Source of the DNA: Patescibacteria group bacterium
GTDB lineage: Bacteria > Patescibacteriota > Patescibacteriia > Magasanikbacterales > UBA922
Length of the DNA: 64,000 nucleotides
Reading direction: 5' to 3'
Assembly (NCBI GenBank): GCA_041651535.1
Contig: JBAZIZ010000005.1
Span: forward strand, 26,188 to 90,187
The first letter of the stretch is position 1. Each line of letters opens with the position of its first letter. Made by a program: the position numbers and the translations under genes. Under the pieces are notes generated by a model. The model had not been told where the DNA came from, ran no database searches, and saw nothing but the letters and a program-made list of their open reading frames with translations. This document shows, one piece after another, positions 1 through 9,842 of the stretch.

Positions 1-192
1 CCAAAAAAACCAGAGATAAAAAATTCTTTAGAAGAATTAAATGATAATTACGATTTTAATCGCAATAGACAAGATAATAATTTACATCATGATGATTTTT
101 CTACAAAAGTTCAAACAAAAACTGACAAAGAAAAAGAAGATACTGAAGATTTGGAAATCCCAGCTTTTTTGAGAAAAAAAATGGACATGTAA
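1..192 (+). CDS. ftsZ: Cell division protein FtsZ, C-terminal fragment (5' truncated by window)
   Basis: Frame +1 is open from base 1 and ends ...DTEDLEIPAFLRKKMDM*, the conserved FtsZ C-terminal peptide after an acidic linker. Confidence 0.85.
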   Translation, partial: PKKPEIKNSLEELNDNYDFNRNRQDNNLHHDDFSTKVQTKTDKEKEDTEDLEIPAFLRKKMDM

Positions 193-223
193 TAAAAAAA
201 GTCAAAATTCAAAATTAAAAAGT

Positions 224-250
224 AAAAAACCTGCATAGAGCGGGTTTTTT
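224..250 (+). terminator. Rho-independent terminator after ftsZ
   Basis: AACCTGC/GCGGGTT hairpin followed by a T-run. Confidence 0.65.
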
Positions 251-368
251 ATTTTATAAGTTTTTTTTCTTGATTATTTATTATTTTAAAAATCTTATTA
301 CATCATTTTTTTTGTTTTTTACTTTTGACCATATTTTGTGCTATAATATAGACAATAAAATTTATACT

Positions 369-728
369 ATGTATTTATTAGTGTTGCAAAGAATATTATT
401 ATCATTTATTTGGGATTTTTTTTATTTCCCTCTTTGGTGGTATAGTTCGGGAACAAAAAAAGCTATAATTTATTGCTATCATTTTTTTGAATGTGGAAAT
501 GAATTTTTAGCCCCATGGATTTGGTTAAAAAATATTTTTGTACCAATGTTTGGACAATATGATTTTCAAGGACGTCTAGTAAGTTTTTTTGTCAGATTTT
601 TTAATGTATTTTTTAGACTACTGGCTTTATTTTTTTGGTTTTGGTTTGTACTTCTTTTATTTATTTTATGGTTTATTTTGCCGATTTTTGTTTTTTTTAT
701 GTTTTATATTTCGGTTTTTAAAAAATAA
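369..728 (+). CDS. Small integral membrane protein upstream of the Clp ATPase
   Basis: Trp/Phe-rich hydrophobic ORF; ATG 369 preferred over TTG 270; stop lies 2 bp before the Clp gene. Confidence 0.75.
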   Translation: MYLLVLQRILLSFIWDFFYFPLWWYSSGTKKAIIYCYHFFECGNEFLAPWIWLKNIFVPMFGQYDFQGRLVSFFVRFFNVFFRLLALFFWFWFVLLLFILWFILPIFVFFMFYISVFKK

Positions 729-730
729 TT

Positions 731-3493
731 ATGCAGTTTAAAAGTAATGAAAAATTAAATTTATTAGCTTGCACTGACTGTAATCGTCCAGATAACAAAG
801 ATAGTAAAGTTTGTAAAATTTGTAAGACAAAAAGTCTAGGTCTTTTTTACGATAATAAGTTTTATTTTTTTCCAGTTATTTTTTCTGATTTTCACGTAAA
901 GTTAAAAAAAGCTACTAGAATTTTAAATAAATTTAGATTTATTTTTTCTTTTTTATTTTCTATTTTATTTTTTACTTTATTTTTTTTAGAAATTTACAGA
1001 AATAATTTATTTTTAGAATTATTTTCAGCTGAATTTTGGTTTAGTGAAGACTATGTTTTTCAAGGATTTTTTTGGTTAGCCATATTTTTTGTAATGTATT
1101 TTTGGTACAGACTGATTATGAGAGAAAAAAAGACATATTTTATAAATTATGAAAGAGGAATTGAAAAAAAAGAAGGAATATATAGTAAAACTTTAGAAAA
1201 AGATTTAACTTGGAATGATTTACCTAATTATTCAAAAAAAAATCAAATAAATATTTCTAAATTTTTAACTCCTGATGCTTGGAATGCTTTGCAAAATGCT
1301 TATGAATTGGCTAGAAAATTTAATAGTAGGGAAGTTAATATTGATCATCTTTTTATTAGTCTTTTAGATTTTCCAGCTATTCAAAATATTTTTATTAGAC
1401 TAGGCATTCCAGCTAAAATTTTACAAGCTAGATTTGTTCAGAGATTAAAAAAAGAAAAATACAAAAGTCAAATTCTTTTTAATGAAGATTTAAACCAAAT
1501 TTTATTTCACGGATTTTTTATTTCTAAAGAATTAAAAGATAATCGTTATCGTTTGACAGCTATTTTACTTTCTACAGTACAACAGTCAGAATTTTTACAA
1601 GAAGTCTTGTATGACTTAAAAATTGACAGTGAAAAATTAAAAAATGTAATTGAATGGGTAAGAATTAATGAAAAACTTTGGGAAAATTATCATGAATTTA
1701 GAAAAGCAGCTAGCGGAATAAATAAATATGGCATGGATCGAGCTATGACAGCTGTGGCTACACCTTATTTAAATAATTTTAGTCGTGATATTACAATTGC
1801 TGCTAAATATGGAAATTTAGATGCCTGTGTGGCTAGAGAAAAAGAAATTGAAGAAGTTTTTAGAATTTTAGAAGGCGGAAAAAACAATGTAGTTTTAGTA
1901 GGTGATCGGGGAGTTGGTAAATTAGCTCTTATCCAAGGTATAGTCCAAAAAATGATCAATGGCGATGCACCAAAAAAACTTTTGGATAAAAGATTTGTCC
2001 AAATTTCTACTTCGTCATTGATGGCCGGAACTACAATTGCTGGTGCTCAAGAAAGGATGATCAGAATAATGAATGAAGTTGCCAGAGCTGGAAATATAAT
2101 TTTGTTTATAAAAAATCTTCAAGATTTACTCACTGTTTCTGAAGGACAAAAAGAAGGTTTAGATGTCTCAGAAACTTTGGCAGAATATTTGTCTAGTGGT
2201 AGATTTATTATGTTTGCAACAACGACAAAAGAAGCTTATAACCAGTTTTTGACAAATACAGAAATCGGTTCAGTTTTTAGTAAGGTTGATGTTGAAGAAA
2301 TGAATATTAACCAAGCTATTCAAGTTTTAGAATCTAGAGTTTCTGTGGTTGAGTATAAAAATAGTGTATTTTTTTCTTATGAAGCAGTTGAATCTTGTGT
2401 AAATTTTGCAGATAAATTTTTTTATGATCAAAATTTACCAGAATCAGCTATATCACTTATGATGGAAGTTGCTAGTTATGTAAAAAGTAAACGTGGAAAA
2501 AATCAATTAGTGACAAAAGAAGATGTAGCTATAGTAATCAATGAAAAAACTGGAATTCCGGCTACTACTGTTTCTGAAGATGAAGGACAGAAATTATTAC
2601 GTCTGGAAGAAGAAATGCATAAACGTGTTGTGGGTCAAGATTTGGCTGTTTCTATGATTGCTAATGCTTTGCGTCGTGCTCGAGCTGAAATTAGATCTGT
2701 AAAAAAACCAATTGCCAACTTTTTATTTTTAGGTCCGACTGGAGTAGGAAAAACTGAATTAGCCAAAACTATCGCTGAAGTTTATTTTGGTGGTGAAAAA
2801 CAAATGATCAGAATTGATATGAGTGAGTTTCAAGATAAATCTTCAATTTATCGATTGATTGGTGAGCCAAATGTTCAAGGGACTGGAATTTTAACTGAAG
2901 CAGTCAGACAGAATCCTTTTTCTTTAGTTTTACTTGATGAACTTGAAAAAGCTGATCAAAATGTTTTAAATTTATTTTTACAAGTTTTTGACGACGGACG
3001 TCTTACTGATAGTGTAGGCAGAACAATAGATTTTACAAATACAATTATTATTGCGACTTCAAACGCTGGTTCTAGTTTTGTTCAAGATCAAGTTTCTAAA
3101 GGAATTGATTTAGAATCAGTTCGTGATATTTTATTAAAAAGTGAATTAAAAAATTATTATAAGCCAGAATTTTTAAATCGTTTTGACGGAGTTATTTTAT
3201 TTAAGGCTTTAAATAAAGAAGAAATAAAAATTATTGCCAGTTTAATGTTAAAAAGAGTTGCAAAAGATCTAGAAAAACGAGGTATAGAATTAAAAGTTGA
3301 AAATAGTGCTTTAAATTATTTAGCTGAAATTGGTTTTGATCCAGAATTTGGGGCTAGACCAATGCGACGAGCTATCCAAGATAAAGTTGAAAATAAATTA
3401 GCTGAAATAATTTTGAAAGGTGCTTTAAAAAGAAGAGATATTATTGTTTTAGGAGAAAATTGTGAGATAGAAATAAAATCAGCAAATAAATAA
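731..3493 (+). CDS. ClpA/B/C-family AAA+ ATPase with N-terminal CxxC..CxxC and transmembrane helices
   Basis: Clp-N repeat region; NBD1 GDRGVGKL; NBD2 GPTGVGKT, LLDELEKA, FDDGRLTD, GARPMRR. Confidence 0.9.
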   Translation: MQFKSNEKLNLLACTDCNRPDNKDSKVCKICKTKSLGLFYDNKFYFFPVIFSDFHVKLKKATRILNKFRFIFSFLFSILFFTLFFLEIYRNNLFLELFSAEFWFSEDYVFQGFFWLAIFFVMYFWYRLIMREKKTYFINYERGIEKKEGIYSKTLEKDLTWNDLPNYSKKNQINISKFLTPDAWNALQNAYELARKFNSREVNIDHLFISLLDFPAIQNIFIRLGIPAKILQARFVQRLKKEKYKSQILFNEDLNQILFHGFFISKELKDNRYRLTAILLSTVQQSEFLQEVLYDLKIDSEKLKNVIEWVRINEKLWENYHEFRKAASGINKYGMDRAMTAVATPYLNNFSRDITIAAKYGNLDACVAREKEIEEVFRILEGGKNNVVLVGDRGVGKLALIQGIVQKMINGDAPKKLLDKRFVQISTSSLMAGTTIAGAQERMIRIMNEVARAGNIILFIKNLQDLLTVSEGQKEGLDVSETLAEYLSSGRFIMFATTTKEAYNQFLTNTEIGSVFSKVDVEEMNINQAIQVLESRVSVVEYKNSVFFSYEAVESCVNFADKFFYDQNLPESAISLMMEVASYVKSKRGKNQLVTKEDVAIVINEKTGIPATTVSEDEGQKLLRLEEEMHKRVVGQDLAVSMIANALRRARAEIRSVKKPIANFLFLGPTGVGKTELAKTIAEVYFGGEKQMIRIDMSEFQDKSSIYRLIGEPNVQGTGILTEAVRQNPFSLVLLDELEKADQNVLNLFLQVFDDGRLTDSVGRTIDFTNTIIIATSNAGSSFVQDQVSKGIDLESVRDILLKSELKNYYKPEFLNRFDGVILFKALNKEEIKIIASLMLKRVAKDLEKRGIELKVENSALNYLAEIGFDPEFGARPMRRAIQDKVENKLAEIILKGALKRRDIIVLGENCEIEIKSANK

Positions 3494-3494
3494 T

Positions 3495-4571
3495 ATGTTT
3501 TTAGCTTATTTTTTATTTAGTTTTTTATTAAGTTGTATCACAACTTTTTTTGTGATTGTTTTGATGAGAAAAATGGCTATTTTTGATAAAGCAAAAAAAC
3601 AAAGTAGAAAAATTCATAAAAAAAATATCCCTCTTGGTGGTGGTTTAGCAATTTTTATTTCTGTGTTTTTACTTATTTTTTCATTGCTTTTAAGTAAAAG
3701 TCATTTTTTTTACATTGATATATTGCCAAGACAAATTTTAGGATTATTTATTGGTTCAATTATAATTATGATTGGTGGTTTTTTGGATGATAAATATGAT
3801 TTGCGACCACGATATCAAATTTTGTTTCCAATTTTAGCGAGTTTATCAATAATTTTTTTTGGTATCGGACCACATTTTATAACTAATCCTTTTGGTTTAG
3901 GAACTATAGATTTGAGTCGTTTTACTTTTAAAATATTTAATTTCGGTAATTTTGTACTTTTAGCTGATTTGTTAGTTTTTGTATGGTTAATGCTTATGAT
4001 GTACGCTACAAAATTTTTAGATGGTTTAGATGGTTTAGCTTCTGGAGTTTCTTTTATTGGTTCAATTGTTATCTTTTTTTTGTCATTGCAAGATAAATGG
4101 TATCAGCCAGATGTGGCCATGCTTGCAATTATTTTTGCTGGAGCTTGTCTGGGTTTTTTGTTATGGAATTGGTCCCCAGCAAAAATTTTTTTAGGTGAAG
4201 GTGGAAGTATTTTTTTGGGATTTTTCTTAGGAGTTTTAGCAATAATTTCTGGTGGCAAAATAGCAACAACTATGTTAGTTATGGCAATACCAATTTTAGA
4301 TATTTTTAGAGTTATTATTATCAGATGGAAAAAAGGACAAGCAATTTATAAAGGAGATAACGAACATATTCATCATAAATTATTAAAAATTGGTTTTAGT
4401 CAAAAACAAACAGTCTTAATTTTATTTTTTTTCAGTTTTTTGTGTGGCATGGGAGCACTATTTTTTCAAACTGGTGGTAAAGTTTTAACTTTTATATTTT
4501 TATCCATTGTGATGTTAATGATATTATTTTTTTCTTCTGTTAAAAATAAAAAATATGAGTTTAAAAAATAA
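3495..4571 (+). CDS. MraY/WecA/TagO-family undecaprenyl-phosphate sugar-1-phosphate transferase (GT4)
   Basis: IPLGGGLAI, GFLDDK, DGLDGLA, PAKIFLGEGG and HIHH motifs; multi-TM. Confidence 0.9.
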   Translation: MFLAYFLFSFLLSCITTFFVIVLMRKMAIFDKAKKQSRKIHKKNIPLGGGLAIFISVFLLIFSLLLSKSHFFYIDILPRQILGLFIGSIIIMIGGFLDDKYDLRPRYQILFPILASLSIIFFGIGPHFITNPFGLGTIDLSRFTFKIFNFGNFVLLADLLVFVWLMLMMYATKFLDGLDGLASGVSFIGSIVIFFLSLQDKWYQPDVAMLAIIFAGACLGFLLWNWSPAKIFLGEGGSIFLGFFLGVLAIISGGKIATTMLVMAIPILDIFRVIIIRWKKGQAIYKGDNEHIHHKLLKIGFSQKQTVLILFFFSFLCGMGALFFQTGGKVLTFIFLSIVMLMILFFSSVKNKKYEFKK

Positions 4572-5016
4572 TAAACAAAAAATTTATTTGCTTGTATTTA
4601 TATTTTTTTTATTTTTTGCTTTTTTTTGGCAAAGATTTTATTTTCAAAAAATTGAAATCAATCTAGCTAATCAAGAATTAAAAGTTTTAGTAGCTAAAAG
4701 TATTTACCAACAAAAAAAAGGTTTGGGTGGTAGAAAAGAAATGAAAAATTTTGATGCCATGCTTTTTCCTTATAATTCTTTAGCTAGACATGGAATAGTC
4801 ATGCGAGATATGAATTTTGCGATTGATATTATCTGGCTAAAAAATACTGAAATAGTTGATATGGCACCACATGTTGATCCAGAACCAGGCGTAGATGAAG
4901 CAAAATTACATATTTATTACCCAAGAACAGTTGCAAATATGGTTTTGGAACTCCCAGCTGGTTTTATAGAACAAAATCAGTTAAAAATAGGTGATAAAAT
5001 TTTGATTGTGGAGTAA
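4555..5016 (+). CDS. DUF192-family protein
   Basis: N-terminal TM; KGLGGR, AMLFPY, MRDMNFAIDIIW and VLELPAG motifs. Confidence 0.85.
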   Translation: MSLKNNKQKIYLLVFIFFLFFAFFWQRFYFQKIEINLANQELKVLVAKSIYQQKKGLGGRKEMKNFDAMLFPYNSLARHGIVMRDMNFAIDIIWLKNTEIVDMAPHVDPEPGVDEAKLHIYYPRTVANMVLELPAGFIEQNQLKIGDKILIVE

Positions 5017-5088
5017 AAACTTGACTTTTTAGTGATGATAAGATAAAATAGAGCTGTTTCCCATTAATTTAATAATAATCATTTAAAT

Positions 5089-5403
5089 ATGTTCGCAGTC
5101 ATTGAAACAGGCGGTAAACAATATTTGGTCAAAAAAGGCGACAAAATAAAAATAGAAAAATTAAACGCCGAAGTTGATTCGGAAGTAAGTTTTGACAAAG
5201 TTTTGCTTACTAGCGAAGAAGACGGAAAAAATACTAAAATTGGAACTCCTTATTTAGTAGGAACACAAGTTGTTGCTAAAGTTTTGGAAAATTCACGTAG
5301 TAAAAAAATTAGAGTGATCAAATACAAAAGAAAAGTTAGATACAAAAGAGCTAATGGTCATCGCCAACATTATACAAAAGTTTTGATAGAAAATATAAAA
5401 TAA
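5089..5403 (+). CDS. rplU: 50S ribosomal protein L21
   Basis: MFAVIETGGKQY ... GHRQHYT. Confidence 0.97.
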   Translation: MFAVIETGGKQYLVKKGDKIKIEKLNAEVDSEVSFDKVLLTSEEDGKNTKIGTPYLVGTQVVAKVLENSRSKKIRVIKYKRKVRYKRANGHRQHYTKVLIENIK

Positions 5404-5460
5404 TCCGCACTAAGCGGGTTTTTTATTTATTAAAAAATCCACTTATTTGAGTGGATTTTA
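5403..5460. terminator. Two back-to-back terminator hairpins between convergent genes
   Basis: ATCCGC/GCGGGT plus T-run, then AAAATCCACT/AGTGGATTTT. Confidence 0.6.
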
Positions 5461-5475
5461 TTTTAAAATAGTTTA

Positions 5476-7233
5476 TTAATTTTTTAGTATTAAATTTTCG
5501 TTTACTTTTTTTATTTCTTTTTCTATAAAAGTATCAACAGCTGCCAAAGAATTATTTTTTAAAATAAGTAAATTTTTGGTTTCTTCTATATTTTTTGGAG
5601 TAAAAGCAACTTCAAAATAAACACCAACTTTTTCATGAGGATTTAAAGCTGTTGTTTCCCAATGAATATTATTATTTTTTTCATTAAAAATTATATTGTT
5701 TCCTTTGCTCACACTAGTTTTGCCAGTAAAAGAAATGTTAGCTGATAAATTTGTATCTAAAATTAAATTTTTTATACGACTACTGCCATTTTCAATTTCA
5801 AGAAAAACCCAATATTTGCTTTCTTTGTTAATTTCTGGTGGATTTGGTCCACGTCCGATTTGGTCTCCTTCGTTTGTGTAATATTTTAAACTTTGGTCAA
5901 AAATAATATTTGTGCCTATTTTAACTTCAGAAGTTTGACTATCAATTTCAAAAATATCCAAACTATTTTCAACTTCAGATTTAATTACCGGAGTTAAAAC
6001 TAATTTTATGTCAGTTCCTTGTGGATAAGTTAAAATTGGTAAGATAATTTCAATATTTTTTTCTTCGTTTTGAACCAATTTATTTATAATATTAATTTTT
6101 AAATTTTTATTGTTATAAGTAGCAATAGAATTTAAGTCTTTTATTTTATTACTATCAATTAAGGTTGTATCAATCGGAATATTTATTTCTAGGTTTTTTA
6201 AATCAGTGTCACCAGAATTTTTTAAATTTAAGTTTAATTTTAAATTTTCAGCTGGAGAAACTGAATTGATATTGTTTTGCCAATTGCTAGTTAAAATTAA
6301 GTCTGGATGTAAAATCACAAAATTATGAGAGATAGTATTTTGTTTTATTACTGTTTGATTAATTTCTAAACTAGGTGTGATAGAATAATTTATTTGCTTT
6401 GACTCAAAAGAATTTTTTAATTTTAAAATTACGGAAAATAATTGTTCTGTTTGTGGTTTAAGTTCGGAAATTTTTATAGTTGGCTCACCATAAATTACTG
6501 AAAAATTTTCATTTTCTAAATTGATTTCTATGTTATTTAAAATTAATTCACCATCATTTTTTATTTTCAATTTGATCGGAGTACTACCGTAGTCTAGGAT
6601 ATTATTATTAGCAATAATTTCAGTTTGTAATACTGAACCACGTGGTATAGTGATAAGTGGAATATATTTTTCTTCAATTCTAGATTTGTCTTCTTGTTTA
6701 TAAACCAATTTAGCATGAATAAAGTGGTGTTCGTCAGGAGTGCCGTAAAACCAACCAGAAATCATCACTGAACCACATTCACCAGCTTTGATATCTAACA
6801 AAGAGAATTCATTAGTTTTTTTATCAAAATTTTCTGGCAAAGTTTTATCAAGCATAAAACCTTGAGGTAATTCAATTTTTAAAATTGAATCTTCCATTTT
6901 TACCGTACTTTCATTTTTATAACTAATTTTGTAAGTGATATAATCACCACTTTTAATTTTTGTATTTGGTTGTTCAATATTTATGTAAACTAAATCAGTA
7001 ATTGTTGGGTCATAAGTCCACCAAAAAATTGTGGTAAATCCAATAAAAAAAATACTAATTAAAAGACATAAATCAAAAATAAAAAGTTTTTTGGCATGAA
7101 CATAATTTAGATGATAAACTTTTTTATAATGTTTTTCTGCTAAATGAATAGGGTAGATAATTGTAGCCAAAAACCATTTTAGAGGTGAATGACGTAAATG
7201 ATGCAGAGTAAAATAAGTTTCAAAAAATTTCAT
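5476..7233 (-). CDS. Membrane-anchored extracellular protein with repeated Ig-like (DUF11-like) domains
   Basis: N-terminal TM; repeated beta-rich ITYKISYKNES / LKIKNDG / LNLKNSG segments. Confidence 0.7.
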   Translation of the reverse strand: MKFFETYFTLHHLRHSPLKWFLATIIYPIHLAEKHYKKVYHLNYVHAKKLFIFDLCLLISIFFIGFTTIFWWTYDPTITDLVYINIEQPNTKIKSGDYITYKISYKNESTVKMEDSILKIELPQGFMLDKTLPENFDKKTNEFSLLDIKAGECGSVMISGWFYGTPDEHHFIHAKLVYKQEDKSRIEEKYIPLITIPRGSVLQTEIIANNNILDYGSTPIKLKIKNDGELILNNIEINLENENFSVIYGEPTIKISELKPQTEQLFSVILKLKNSFESKQINYSITPSLEINQTVIKQNTISHNFVILHPDLILTSNWQNNINSVSPAENLKLNLNLKNSGDTDLKNLEINIPIDTTLIDSNKIKDLNSIATYNNKNLKINIINKLVQNEEKNIEIILPILTYPQGTDIKLVLTPVIKSEVENSLDIFEIDSQTSEVKIGTNIIFDQSLKYYTNEGDQIGRGPNPPEINKESKYWVFLEIENGSSRIKNLILDTNLSANISFTGKTSVSKGNNIIFNEKNNNIHWETTALNPHEKVGVYFEVAFTPKNIEETKNLLILKNNSLAAVDTFIEKEIKKVNENLILKN

Positions 7234-7315
7234 ATTTAAGTATTAAAACTAGTTATAGTATATAGAAAAAACCATAAAAATTCAATTTATTTTTAAAATT
7301 TTAGTAAAAAAATAT

Positions 7316-7344
7316 TTGACAAAGATAAAAAAATTTATTATTAT
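7316..7344 (+). promoter_or_regulatory. Sigma70 promoter of the orphan gene at 7386
   Basis: TTGACA-17 bp-TATTAT; AGGAGG SD before ATG 7386. Confidence 0.7.
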
Positions 7345-7385
7345 GTTTGGCAAATTGCCCTTTTTATTTTTTTTAGGAGGAAAAA

Positions 7386-7823
7386 ATGTACAAGTTGAAA
7401 AGTGTTTTTTATGTTTTAGGTTGGATTGCTGGAATCGCAGCTGTGATTTCGGCGGGCATGACAGCTTATTTGGCTGTTGAGAGTCCAAGTATACCTTTTT
7501 ATAGGTATGCTGTGGATCCAATTGCAGGTTCGTTGGTTTTTATGTTTTTTGTTTGGAGGATAAAGAAATCTTGGAGAAAGATTCTTCTCCTTAAAATAAA
7601 GGACTTGTCGGTCGTGATTTTTTTGCCGATAATGTCTCTTGGATTTCTTTACGGGATTATAACTCATAAAGGAATTCTTGTGAGTTTACAGACTGGGCTT
7701 ATTTGGATCTGTTGGCTTGTATTTGTTTTTTTTGTGTTGTTTGTTGCACTTTTGATTGTTTTGGCGGCAATAACAACCAAAGAATATAACAAGCAGAGGA
7801 GGAAATCCTACTCGGCGGATTAA
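7386..7823 (+). CDS. Orphan four-TM membrane protein
   Basis: 145-aa hydrophobic ORF with promoter, SD and downstream ACCGGAAC/GTTCCGGT terminator. Confidence 0.75.
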   Translation: MYKLKSVFYVLGWIAGIAAVISAGMTAYLAVESPSIPFYRYAVDPIAGSLVFMFFVWRIKKSWRKILLLKIKDLSVVIFLPIMSLGFLYGIITHKGILVSLQTGLIWICWLVFVFFVLFVALLIVLAAITTKEYNKQRRKSYSAD

Positions 7824-7904
7824 AAAATAAGAGAGCCACTTTATTACCGGAACCCTGTGTTCCGGTTGTTTTTTTATACAGAAAATGTTAAGATAAACAA
7901 AAAT

Positions 7905-9017
7905 ATGAATAAAAATATTTTTTCATTTTTAATATTTATTTTTTTAATTTGTTTAATATTTTTAAGCGGATTTTTTGTCCGTAAATATTTTTTTCTTACA
8001 AAAAATGATTTGGTAAAAAATGATAAATTAATTCCTTTAAATATAAATAAAGCTGATTTTTTAAATAAAAAAAATGATAAGGTTTTTGCCTATCCTCAGA
8101 AAAAATTTTCTTTGTTTATTGCTGGTGATATTATGCTTGATCGGAGTGTGCAAGAAAAAATTACTAGTAGCGGAAAAGGGGATTATTCTTTTCCTTTTGC
8201 CTTTATCAATGAAGATTTAAAAACATACAATATTAAACTCGCAAATTTGGAAGGTCCTATTACTGATTTCAAATCCATTGCTGAACCAAATAAACCAATT
8301 TTTACCTTTTCAACGCAGTTTTTACCGATATTATCAGAAAATTTTGATTTGTTTAATTTGGCAAATAATCATACTTATAATTTTGGTTTTAATGGTCTTT
8401 TGCAGACTCGTGATTATTTATCTAAAAATAATCTAAATTATTTTGGAGACCCAAATAATGAACAGCAAAATCTTTCTTTTGTGATAAAACAAAATGATTT
8501 GAAAATTGGGGTTATTTCTTATAATGATTTAATTGATTTTGATTTTAATATTGTTTTGGATGAAATTGAAAAAATAAAATCAGATCAAGTTAATTTTATA
8601 ATTGTTTTTCCGCATTGGGGGACAGAATATGTTTATCGTCCAAATAGTAAACAAATTGAAGAAGCTCATTTACTGATTGATGCTGGGGCTGATTTGATTG
8701 TCGGTGGTCATCCACATGTGATTCAATCAATTGAAAAATACAAAGAAAAATTTATTTTTTATAGTTTAGGAAATTTTGTTTTTGATCAATATTTTGCTGA
8801 TGACACTATGACAGGTTTGACTTTAGTTTTAAATTTTTGGCAGGAAAAAAATGAAATAAAAAATGAGATTGAAATTAAACCAATAAAAATAAATAAAGAT
8901 TGTCAGGTGTTTTTTGCTGATCAAATTCAAAATGAAGAGACTTTAAAATTTTTGATAGACAATTCAGATATTGATATTATTTTACAAAATCAAATTTTGT
9001 CAGGAATTTTAAAATAA
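7905..9017 (+). CDS. CapA/PgsA-family metallophosphoesterase (poly-gamma-glutamate biosynthesis-like)
   Basis: GDIMLDR, ANLEGP, NLANNH, PHWGTEY, GGHPHVIQ and YSLGNFVFDQ; start moved to ATG 7905. Confidence 0.9.
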   Translation: MNKNIFSFLIFIFLICLIFLSGFFVRKYFFLTKNDLVKNDKLIPLNINKADFLNKKNDKVFAYPQKKFSLFIAGDIMLDRSVQEKITSSGKGDYSFPFAFINEDLKTYNIKLANLEGPITDFKSIAEPNKPIFTFSTQFLPILSENFDLFNLANNHTYNFGFNGLLQTRDYLSKNNLNYFGDPNNEQQNLSFVIKQNDLKIGVISYNDLIDFDFNIVLDEIEKIKSDQVNFIIVFPHWGTEYVYRPNSKQIEEAHLLIDAGADLIVGGHPHVIQSIEKYKEKFIFYSLGNFVFDQYFADDTMTGLTLVLNFWQEKNEIKNEIEIKPIKINKDCQVFFADQIQNEETLKFLIDNSDIDIILQNQILSGILK

Positions 9018-9042
9018 AAAAATTCCGCCAGCCAGCGGATTT

Positions 9043-9390
9043 TTATTTATTTTTTTCTTTATTACCCAGACTTTTTTTGCTAGGGGAATATAATGTATTT
9101 TTTATTTTCCATTTATCTACATATTGACCTATACCAAATTGGTCAGATTTATTTTTTACAGTTGTCTTTTTTTGTGACCATTTAACTAAACTTTCAAAGT
9201 TTATTTTGTATCTATCAGCAACTACAACATAAGTTAAATCTTGATTTTTTATAGCACGACGAATAGTCTGTGGATTTACACCAAATAATCTAGCAGCTTC
9301 AGATATTGAAACTCGTATTATTTCTTTTTTTTCTTCACTTTTATTATCAATATTTTTTTGATTGTCGGTTTGGTTTATGTTTAGTTCCAT
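9043..9390 (-). CDS. Excisionase/MerR-like helix-turn-helix protein
   Basis: SISEAARLFGVNPQTIRRAI HTH. Confidence 0.8.
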   Translation of the reverse strand: MELNINQTDNQKNIDNKSEEKKEIIRVSISEAARLFGVNPQTIRRAIKNQDLTYVVVADRYKINFESLVKWSQKKTTVKNKSDQFGIGQYVDKWKIKNTLYSPSKKSLGNKEKNK

Positions 9391-9449
9391 AAAACTTTTT
9401 ACACAAGAAACATACCATAAAAATATCTGTTTGTCAAGATAAAAATATT

Positions 9450-9539
9450 TTTTTGTCTACAATACTCTATACAAAAATCATAAAAAAGGTTTAATTTATC
9501 TTTAAAATAATGGTTTTTGTATACAATAGTCTATACAAA
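9450..9539. promoter_or_regulatory. Pair of 26-bp imperfect palindromic boxes (putative operators)
   Basis: TTTTTGTCTACAATACTCTATACAAA (9450-9475) and TTTTTGTATACAATAGTCTATACAAA (9514-9539), 2 mismatches. Confidence 0.55.
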
Positions 9540-9809
9540 TTATAATTTAAGATTTATGATTTTAGAATTTTTATTATTAAAAAATTAGTTTTTTAGAATA
9601 TTAATTTAAAATTTAGACTAATAATTATTATATATAAAATTATTAAGAAAAACTATTCTGAAATCTTAATTCTTAATTCTAAAATTGTTTGTGGATAAGT
9701 TTTTGAAAAAAAAGAAATAATGTGTTATTATTTTTTGTAATAAAAGGGGCAAATCTAAAGCAATTTAGATTCACAAATAAAGGCTATACAGTAGAGTGTG
9801 CATTAAAAG

Positions 9810-9835
9810 TGTAACACTTTTTTAATTTATACGTC
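9810..9835 (+). promoter_or_regulatory. ECF-type promoter, probably autoregulatory
   Basis: TGTAAC-16 bp-CGTC, ending 7 bp before the sigma factor ATG. Confidence 0.7.
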
Positions 9836-9842
9836 TTCTATT

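Noticed and set aside
9690-9698. DnaA box TGTGGATAA as a replication origin
   Set aside because: Isolated box; no cluster and no dnaA/dnaN nearby
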